A stretch of DNA of 32,000 nt from contig NC_003450.3 in the NCBI RefSeq assembly GCF_000011325.1, positions 3,090,001 through 3,122,000 of the forward strand, written 5' to 3'. Position numbers and translations under genes: made by a program. The stretch comes from Corynebacterium glutamicum ATCC 13032. GTDB taxonomy: Bacteria > Actinomycetota > Actinomycetes > Mycobacteriales > Mycobacteriaceae. The notes below the pieces were generated by a model. That model made no database searches, was not told where the DNA came from, and saw nothing but the letters and a program-made list of their open reading frames with translations. This document shows, piece by piece, positions 16,966 through 23,619 of this stretch; the first letter of the stretch is position 1, and every line of letters begins with the position of its first letter.

Positions 16966-17710
16966 GCGCATTAGCGTACATGGCGGGCTTGGGATGTGCG
17001 TTCAAAAGCTCCGCCGCACGGTCCGGATAATTGGTGGCGAGCATGTCGACGCCCTGTTCGCGCGCCCACAGCATGTCTTTTTGCTTATCGACGGTGAAAA
17101 GATAGGTGGGTAACCCTTTCGCCCCAATCATCCTTGGATCCATCTTCGCCCGCTCCAGCGACAACCCCAAACCGGTGGGTACACCGCAGCGCACATCGCG
17201 CGGATTACCCCAACGCTCCCACGACCTGCGCAGATGAATGCGATCAAGCTGTGGAGCAAGGCGAGCCATGCGATACATCGCGGGAAGTGCAAAAGAAATG
17301 ATGTGGATGCGTGGGTCTTCCGTCAGCCCACGATATTTTAAGATTTTTGTGATTTCTTCTTCCAGCATGACCGCGTAGCGCATTGGGTGCTTGGTTTCTA
17401 TATAAAGGTGCTTATCTGGATAATCCTCAAAAATATCTAATAGATTGTTTAAAGTAAGCACTTTTTCTGGGGTTTCTTTGGTTCCAAAGTTCAAGCTCAG
17501 CAAGGATTCCAAGTCCAAACGCGACACCCGACCGCGACCATTCGACACGCGATCCACAATGGGGTCATGGACGTTAACCACTTCGCCACATTTAGTCAGC
17601 CGGACATCAGTTTCAATTCCATGAATCGGTAGCTCTAGAGCCGCCCGAAACGCAGACTCTGTTAATTCGGGAAAGCGAGACGATAAACCTCGGTGCGCGA
17701 TGACTTTCAT
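16949..17710 (-). CDS. glpQ: Glycerophosphodiester phosphodiesterase (GDPD family, no signal peptide)
   Basis: The start is at MKVIAHRGLSSRFPELTESAF (ATG 17710, preceded by AGGAGAG). The GDPD motifs HRG and IETDVRLT are present. The track ORF extends 20 codons upstream. Confidence 0.88.
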   Translation of the reverse strand: MKVIAHRGLSSRFPELTESAFRAALELPIHGIETDVRLTKCGEVVNVHDPIVDRVSNGRGRVSRLDLESLLSLNFGTKETPEKVLTLNNLLDIFEDYPDKHLYIETKHPMRYAVMLEEEITKILKYRGLTEDPRIHIISFALPAMYRMARLAPQLDRIHLRRSWERWGNPRDVRCGVPTGLGLSLERAKMDPRMIGAKGLPTYLFTVDKQKDMLWAREQGVDMLATNYPDRAAELLNAHPKPAMYANAHGKED

Positions 17711-18078
17711 GAACCCATCTCTCCTGGCCTTTATATACCTGCTATCGACTCTAGTATCCCTCCAAACCACCAGCCCCGCAGCGTGAACGGAAATAAATAC
17801 ACTGCACTAATTTTGTGATGCAGATTACTTTTTCTTTTCACGACCTAGCAAGGATCTACGAGGAAAATGTCCGGCGGGTTAGATGAAGGGATTTTTGAGG
17901 AAGCCGGATACAATCCCAATACAGCAATCGATTGCATAGTTTCTTAAGAGGGCTTGATTGTGGCTTTACCGCCCGATCGGGGTATGAAAATTCCGACCAG
18001 AAGCGCCAGTAGAAGTAAATTATTCAGTGATAACCATTGGGTATTAAGAAATTTGTGGCTTAGATCTCAATTTCTGTA

Positions 18079-18094
18079 TAGTTTGATCATACTA
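18079..18094. promoter_or_regulatory. Candidate GntR-type operator overlapping a TATAGT -10-like box upstream of gntP
   Basis: TAGTTTGA/TCATACTA is a 16-bp imperfect palindrome (7 of 8 per half) lying 38-53 nt upstream of the gntP ATG. TATAGT is at 18077-18082. Confidence 0.35.
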
Positions 18095-18131
18095 ATTCAT
18101 CCACTTCCAAATTTTCACGAAGGATCACCCC

Positions 18132-19523
18132 ATGGACACCTGGGAACAAACCCTTGGAACAGGGCCACTGCTAGGCATTGCAGCCGGCGCCATTGCCCTC
18201 ATCTTGGTTCTCGTCATCGTTTTTAAACTCCATGCTTTTCTCACCCTAATACTGGTTTCAATTGTTACCGCACTTGCTGCCGGCATTCCCGTCACCGCAG
18301 TAGTGGACACTCTCCTTGACGGTTTTGGTAAAACACTCGCCTCGGTCGCCCTATTGGTAGGCCTGGGTGCCATGCTTGGTCGATTGGTTGAAACATCCGG
18401 TGGCGCAAAATCTCTAGCCGACACTATGGTGCGAATCTTCGGTGAAAAACGAGCAGCTTTCGCACTCGGTGTCGCATCGCTGATCATGGGATTCCCTATC
18501 TTCTTCGATGCTGGCCTCGTGGTCATGCTCCCAGTGATCTTCGCAGTAGCTCGACGCCTCAACGGCTCCGTCCTTACTTTTGGTATCCCTGCAGCTGGCG
18601 CCTTCTCTGTCATGCACGTGTTCGTCCCACCTCACCCAGGCCCAATTGCAGCCTCTGAATTCTTCGGCGCACAAGTTGGATACGTACTAATCGCTGGCAT
18701 CATCGTTGCACTACCCACCTGGTATTTAACCGGTTACCTGCTAGGTAAGTTCTTAGGCCGAAAGTTCCCCCTTCCCGTACCCGATCTACTCAGTGGTGGA
18801 GCACAGGAAGATGATCAGCCTCAGAACCCAGCTAACGCAGTGTCGATCATTGTCATTTTGCTCATTCCTATGCTCCTTATTTTTGGCAATACCGGAACAT
18901 CAATGGCAGTTTCCGCCGGCCTCCTAGATGCAGAATCCACCATGGTGAAAATTCTAGGATTCCTCGGCGAAACACCAGTGGCACTGCTCATTACCTTGAT
19001 CATTGCCCTGTTCTTCCTAGGCAACCGACGTGGCATTAATGGTTCTGCTCTAGAGAAAACCATCGAAGGCGCACTCGGCCCAATCTGTTCAGTCGTATTA
19101 ATCACTGGCGCCGGTGGCATGTTCGGTGGAGTGCTACGCACGTCTGGAATTGGAGGAGCGCTTGCAGACTCCATGGCAGATCTAGGACTTCCAGTTATCG
19201 CAGGTTGTTTCATCGTGGCAGCCGTCCTTCGTGTCGCGCAGGGTTCTGCCACCGTTGCGCTAACCACCGCCGCAGCACTCATGGCACCTGCTGTTGCCGC
19301 TGCTGACTTTAACGAATTCCAGCTTGCTGCCATCGTTATTTCCACTGCCGCTGGTTCTGTTATTGCCAGCCACGTCAACGACTCCGGATTCTGGCTCGTT
19401 GGTCGACTCATGAACGCCGACGTACCCACCACGCTAAAAACTTGGACCGTAAACCAAACCTGCATTGCGATTGTGGGATTTGTGATGGCCTATGCAATGT
19501 TCGGATTGGCATCGCTTGCATAG
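18132..19523 (+). CDS. gntP: Gluconate:H+ symporter (GntP family permease)
   Basis: This 463-aa polytopic membrane protein has a GntP-family sequence throughout. A GAAGGA RBS lies 8 nt upstream of the ATG. Confidence 0.93.
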   Translation: MDTWEQTLGTGPLLGIAAGAIALILVLVIVFKLHAFLTLILVSIVTALAAGIPVTAVVDTLLDGFGKTLASVALLVGLGAMLGRLVETSGGAKSLADTMVRIFGEKRAAFALGVASLIMGFPIFFDAGLVVMLPVIFAVARRLNGSVLTFGIPAAGAFSVMHVFVPPHPGPIAASEFFGAQVGYVLIAGIIVALPTWYLTGYLLGKFLGRKFPLPVPDLLSGGAQEDDQPQNPANAVSIIVILLIPMLLIFGNTGTSMAVSAGLLDAESTMVKILGFLGETPVALLITLIIALFFLGNRRGINGSALEKTIEGALGPICSVVLITGAGGMFGGVLRTSGIGGALADSMADLGLPVIAGCFIVAAVLRVAQGSATVALTTAAALMAPAVAAADFNEFQLAAIVISTAAGSVIASHVNDSGFWLVGRLMNADVPTTLKTWTVNQTCIAIVGFVMAYAMFGLASLA

Positions 19524-19550
19524 TCCGCTGACCCCATTGATTCACAGGCT

Positions 19551-19685
19551 TTAAGTTCGAGACCTTAACTGCGATTTCTTATTACCGAGACCGGTCGATT
19601 TCGGGTGATAATCCGACTGAAATCGGTGTTAAGAAATTGAGCTTGAGGTCTTAGTAATGTGGTATCGAACTTAAGAAATCGCCCT
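19551..19685 (+). repeat. Left arm of the long imperfect inverted repeat bounding the gntP-pyk2 island
   Basis: Three blocks at 19551-19578, 19613-19642 and 19664-19685 are reverse-complementary to 20415-20442 (25/28), 20323-20352 (25/30) and 20266-20287 (22/22). Confidence 0.85.
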
Positions 19686-20265
19686 CTGTCGTCAACGTAC
19701 TCAGAGCCCTTCTAAGGCGTCGAAAATCTGCGATGAGCATAGGTATGGATAGGGCCAATAAAGAGGCTTAGAAGCAATTCTGGAGCCTCATGTTTTTTGG
19801 GGTCGGGCTCCAAAAATCTCTCCACCCAGTCGAAACCAAACATACGTGACAAAAATACTGAAAACCCTGCAATTTTGGTACCTATGTTTGGTTTATCTCG
19901 CCCTCAACCAGCCCTCAACCAGACAGGGAGGACAAGAATCTGGGAAAACCCAAATCCTTGTCACCCATGTTTGGTGCGAGCCGAACCAGGGTGCCCGCAA
20001 TCCTTGAAGATCCAAATGTTGGGCATCTGTTTCCGACCCCAAGCCGAAACCGTCCTATATGGCCAAGCAGAGATGAGTTTGAAGTTCGTTGGTCACCTGG
20101 TTTGGTCGAGGAGCAAAGAATGAAAAATGGCTTTAGGCTCACAAAAAGGGACCTCACAGAATCGCTCCTAAGGGTTTTTAATGTGAGGTCAATACCAAAA
20201 AGCTCCCTCCAGATTTACAAGACTTTAAAAGCACTCTGAGGGGCTTAGGGATTTGGGAGTTGTTA

Positions 20266-20442
20266 AGGGCGATTTCTTAAGTTCGATTTCGTATAACCGC
20301 TACCTTGATTCCAATACCTTCCGCTCAATTTCTCATTTCCAATTTCAGTCGGAAAAGCGCTCAAAACTGACTGGTATCTAACCTGAGAAATTGAGCGCTC
20401 GAAACTGTAAACGTGAAATCGCTGTTAAGATCTCGAAGTTAA
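20266..20442 (-). repeat. Right arm of the long imperfect inverted repeat. It carries an extra internal 14-bp perfect inverted repeat.
   Basis: The block matches are listed under the left arm. The additional inverted repeat is CGCTCAATTTCTCA (20322-20335) with TGAGAAATTGAGCG (20384-20397). Confidence 0.85.
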
Positions 20443-20461
20443 CGCCAATCGCCTTTGTGAG

Positions 20462-22321
20462 TTACTCTTCCCAGCTCTTCACCTTGCGCAGCAGCAGCCT
20501 ACTCTTTCGTTGGGATGCACCAAGTTTGCGGCTCATTTCGGTGAGGACCTTGATGGCGTCGTTGATGTGTGGTCCCTTGTTCAGCATGACGCATTCAGCG
20601 CGAAGTGCCATTGCTGCGTCGGTGATTTCTGCGCGAGATGGGAGTCCGTTTTTGGCCATGTTTTCCAGGACTTGGGTGGCCAAGATGGTTGGGACGTGGG
20701 CGGCTTCGGCAAGGGCCATGATCAGTTGGGGGACTTCTGCCATGCGGTCGAAGCCGAGTTCGACGGCGAGGTCTCCGCGGGCGATCATGATGCCGAAGTT
20801 TTCGTGGCGCATGCCGGTCAGGAGGATTTGGGCGAGGCCTTCGTAGCCTGGGATGGTCTCGATTTTAAGGACGAGGCCAAGGCGTTCGACGGCTACTGGA
20901 TCTCCGATGTCGGCGAGTGCTTGGAGGAGGTATTCCACGTCGGCGACGTTTCGGATGAAGGAGATGGCTGCGATGTCGGCGTATTTGACGACAAAGCGCA
21001 GGTGTTGGAGGTCTTCTTCAGTGAGGCTTGGGAGTGGAAGTTCGGAGTCTGGGAGGTTGATTCCCTTGTATGCGGCCAGGTTTACGCCTTGTGGGCGGGC
21101 GTGGGTGACTTCCAATTCTACGTCGTTGTGGCCGTCGGCAGTGGAGGTCTTGTCGATGCAGACTGCGGCGATGGCTCCGTCGTCGAAAAGCACGCGGTGC
21201 CCGACTTTAATTGCATCGACTGCTTGTGGAAGGGTGCAGCTGATGCGTGGTGTGCGGCCGGATCCGAGGGATGGATCGTAGGTGAGTTCTTCGTCGGTAA
21301 GGATGAGGCGGTCGCCGACTTTGAGGTTGATGCGCTGAACTACGGCGGGGATGCCGTAGACCCGGGAGCGGTCGTAGTTGTGTTCCAGGAGGGTGCCGTT
21401 GGAGATGTAGGCTTTTTGTGGGCCTTCGGCGAGGACCGCGCCATCAAAAACCCTGGTCACGGTGAATGCTCGGCGGGATCCGCGGGTGTCTGGGACGTTG
21501 ATGACGCTGCCGATTTCTAGTTTGTCGAACCATTCTGGGGTGACTTCAATCGGCAGAGCGGGGCGACCGGGCAGGCTTTCGGGGGCTGGGACTGGTTCGG
21601 AGCCGTGGGCGGTGATCCACAGTTTTGCGGGCGTCAGTACTTTTCCGGTTTCGTCGCGGGTTACTCGTGCGCGACCTACTTCTGCGCCTGGGGCGATTTC
21701 GCCGGTGCGTACTTTTGGTCCGGCGAGGTCCATGCTGACGCGGATTTCCCGGCCAACTTCTTCTGCAACGGTGTGGACGTTGTCGATCATCTGCTTCCAG
21801 ACGGTTTCATCGTCGTGTGCACAGTTGATGCGAGCTAGATTCATGCCGCTTTTGGCGAAGCCACGGACAAGTTCAATGTCGGTGGCGGCTTCGGTGGGCA
21901 GGGTGACCATGATGCAGGATGGAGTATCCGGTAGGGGTTCGCCAAGGAGAATTTCGGCGTGCTCGTCGAGAATCTCATCGGCATCTTCGAAGGCATCGAC
22001 GACATCTGAGGGTGGATAAAGTGGGCCTTCACCTGCGAAAGCTCCGATAACATTGCGGGCGGCCTTGAGGCGGGCCTGCACTGCTGGTTCGGTGGTAGTC
22101 AAGCGGGTAGCTCCCACAGAGGAGAGGCGTTGCTGCAGGCCACGGAGGTCTTTGGTGCGAAGATGCGCGTAATGCATGAGGTTGCGGGCACCAACGTAAT
22201 GGGTTGGGGAGACCTGCCCGATGGCCTCGCTGTGAGTTTGTGTCACCTCATCAAGTTCTAGAATTAACTCGTCGAGTTCAGTCTTGATCTCCTGGAGAAT
22301 GTCCTGGTCAAACTCATTCAT
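20462..22321 (-). CDS. pyk2: Pyruvate kinase-like protein with noncanonical architecture
   Basis: The 619-aa ORF keeps the PK catalytic motifs ARINCAHD, DLAGPKVRTG, KIETIPG, MIARGDLAVELG and ATQVLENM. It also has a ~135-aa N-terminal extension, an insert of about 240 aa where the B-domain sits, and no C-terminal allosteric domain. An AAGGAG RBS is present. Confidence 0.9.
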   Translation of the reverse strand: MNEFDQDILQEIKTELDELILELDEVTQTHSEAIGQVSPTHYVGARNLMHYAHLRTKDLRGLQQRLSSVGATRLTTTEPAVQARLKAARNVIGAFAGEGPLYPPSDVVDAFEDADEILDEHAEILLGEPLPDTPSCIMVTLPTEAATDIELVRGFAKSGMNLARINCAHDDETVWKQMIDNVHTVAEEVGREIRVSMDLAGPKVRTGEIAPGAEVGRARVTRDETGKVLTPAKLWITAHGSEPVPAPESLPGRPALPIEVTPEWFDKLEIGSVINVPDTRGSRRAFTVTRVFDGAVLAEGPQKAYISNGTLLEHNYDRSRVYGIPAVVQRINLKVGDRLILTDEELTYDPSLGSGRTPRISCTLPQAVDAIKVGHRVLFDDGAIAAVCIDKTSTADGHNDVELEVTHARPQGVNLAAYKGINLPDSELPLPSLTEEDLQHLRFVVKYADIAAISFIRNVADVEYLLQALADIGDPVAVERLGLVLKIETIPGYEGLAQILLTGMRHENFGIMIARGDLAVELGFDRMAEVPQLIMALAEAAHVPTILATQVLENMAKNGLPSRAEITDAAMALRAECVMLNKGPHINDAIKVLTEMSRKLGASQRKSRLLLRKVKSWEE

Positions 22322-22383
22322 TTGAGCTCCTTAAGCTACAAACACTCTAAATTCCATCCAACAGTTTCATTGTGCCCGTAAAC

Positions 22384-22432
22384 CAAAAAGTTGGCAGCGC
22401 AAGTGTTCCAATGAAACACTTGCGTCGCCAAC
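22384..22432 (-). terminator. Rho-independent terminator of ldhA
   Basis: On the minus strand, GTTGGCGACGCAAGTGTT and AACACTTGCGCTGCCAAC form the stem, followed by TTTTT. The hairpin starts 15 nt after the ldhA stop. Confidence 0.8.
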
Positions 22433-22446
22433 TAGGCGCCAAAGAT

Positions 22447-23391
22447 TTAGAAGAACTGCTTCTGAATTTCGCGCAGGGTATTTGCGGAATGCTTGAAGCG
22501 TTCCATCTCGTGGTCGGTGATTTCTAGTTCGACAACGCGGCGGATGCCTCGGCGGTTCACCACAGCTGGGGTGCCGATGTAGATGTCTTCCTCACCGTAT
22601 TCACCGTGGAGCAGTGCAGAGACTGGGACTGCAACGTCTTGGTTCTGCAGGATTGCGCGGGTGATGCGAGCAAGACCCATGCCGATGCCGTAGGAAGTGG
22701 AGCCCTTGGCGTCGATAATGTGATAGGCAGCGTCGCGGGTGTCTTCGAAAATTTTCTCTAGACGGCCCTCAAGCTCTGGGTCTTTGTCCAGCATTCGGCT
22801 AAGCGATACGCCTGCGATGGTCGCGGAGGACAGGACTGGAAGTTCAGTGTCGCCGTGTTCGCCGATGATGTAGGCGTGGACGGAGCTTGGTGCCACTTCG
22901 TAGAGTTCGCCCAGCATGTAGCGGAATCGAGCGGAGTCCAGGACAGTTCCGGAGCCGATCACGCGGTTCCATTCCAAGCCGGAGAATTTCCACACTGCGT
23001 AGGTCAGGATATCCACTGGGTTGGACGCCACGAGGAAGATGCCGTCGAATCCGCTGTCCATGACATCGCCGACGATGGATTTCATAATCTTGACGTTTTT
23101 GTCCACCAGCTGGAGGCGGGTCTCGCCTGGCTTTTGGGCTGCGCCGGCACAAATGACAACCATGGCTGCGTCTTCGCAGTCAGCGTAGGTGCCCTTGGTG
23201 ACGCGGGTGCGGGAATCGGCCCACACAACACCATGGTTTAAGTCCATGACGTTGCCTTCGAGTTTCTTTTCATCGATGTCGATGATCGCAAGGTGATCTG
23301 CCATGCCCTGGTTGATCAGTGCGTATGCGTATGCAACTCCAACATCTCCTGCGCCAATGAGGACAATCTTGTTACCGACGGTTTCTTTCAT
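22447..23391 (-). CDS. ldhA: NAD-dependent L-lactate dehydrogenase
   Basis: The start is at [23 protein letters not shown] (Rossmann GxGxxG). Typical L-LDH motifs GEHGDTE and [11 protein letters not shown] are present. The track ORF begins 4 codons upstream at GTG. Confidence 0.95.
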   Translation of the reverse strand: MKETVGNKIVLIGAGDVGVAYAYALINQGMADHLAIIDIDEKKLEGNVMDLNHGVVWADSRTRVTKGTYADCEDAAMVVICAGAAQKPGETRLQLVDKNVKIMKSIVGDVMDSGFDGIFLVASNPVDILTYAVWKFSGLEWNRVIGSGTVLDSARFRYMLGELYEVAPSSVHAYIIGEHGDTELPVLSSATIAGVSLSRMLDKDPELEGRLEKIFEDTRDAAYHIIDAKGSTSYGIGMGLARITRAILQNQDVAVPVSALLHGEYGEEDIYIGTPAVVNRRGIRRVVELEITDHEMERFKHSANTLREIQKQFF

Positions 23392-23503
23392 TTTCGATCC
23401 CACTTCCTGATTTCCCTAACCGGACAACCCACAAAGCAGCTCAGAAAATCAGCAAGAGCTTGTGCCCGGATTCCTTTGTTACACCTTTAATTATGCCCGA
23501 TTA

Positions 23504-23510
23504 TGTCCGA
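23504..23510 (-). promoter_or_regulatory. Possible SugR-type half motif (TCGGACA on the ldhA strand) next to a CATAAT -10-like box
   Basis: TGTCCGA on the plus strand reads TCGGACA on the minus strand and fits the remembered TCRRACA motif. CATAAT-like boxes lie at 23500-23505 and 23490-23495 (minus-strand reading). A 7-mer could occur by chance. Confidence 0.3.
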
Positions 23511-23515
23511 AAATG

Positions 23516-23526
23516 TGGTCAGACCA
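23516..23526 (-). promoter_or_regulatory. LldR (FadR-type GntR) operator in the ldhA promoter
   Basis: TGGTCAGACCA on the plus strand reads TGGTCTGACCA on the ldhA strand. It fits TNGTNNNACNA and is identical to the site at 28210-28220. It overlaps a TTGGTC -35-like hexamer 16 nt upstream of CATAAT. Confidence 0.7.
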
Positions 23527-23619
23527 AGTGTTATTTTTGTTGAAAAAATCACATTGTAAATCGAGCAAAACCAACCTATGCCCTGCAGAATTGTGCATGC
23601 TCTGCCAAGATGACTCAAT

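Noticed and set aside
17812-17830. TGTGATGCAGATTACT is a possible cAMP-GlxR (TGTGA-N6-TCACA) site upstream of glpQ/gntP.
   Set aside because: Only the first half-site matches. The second half (TTACT) matches TCACA at 2 of 5 positions, which is too weak to call without a matrix score.
17954-18226. A 90-aa ORF lies upstream of gntP and runs into it.
   Set aside because: It has a non-ATG start in an AT-rich promoter region, overlaps the gntP start out of frame, and shows no motif or RBS.
19830-20111. I considered whether the repeated 23-nt motif array could be a degenerate CRISPR array.
   Set aside because: There are only four imperfect copies, one of them inverted, with irregular spacings (22, 60 and 108 nt between copies). 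There are no cas genes and no leader-like organisation.
19797-20239. Three ORFs of 80-108 aa lie inside the gntP-pyk2 island: 19797-20123 (+), 19915-20157 (-) and 19958-20239 (+).
   Set aside because: They overlap one another in different frames. None has a Shine-Dalgarno or a recognisable domain, and one uses a non-ATG start. The repeated 23-nt motif falls in different frames in different copies, and an 11-bp tandem duplication sits inside one ORF. The nucleotide-level repeats explain the sequence better than coding does.
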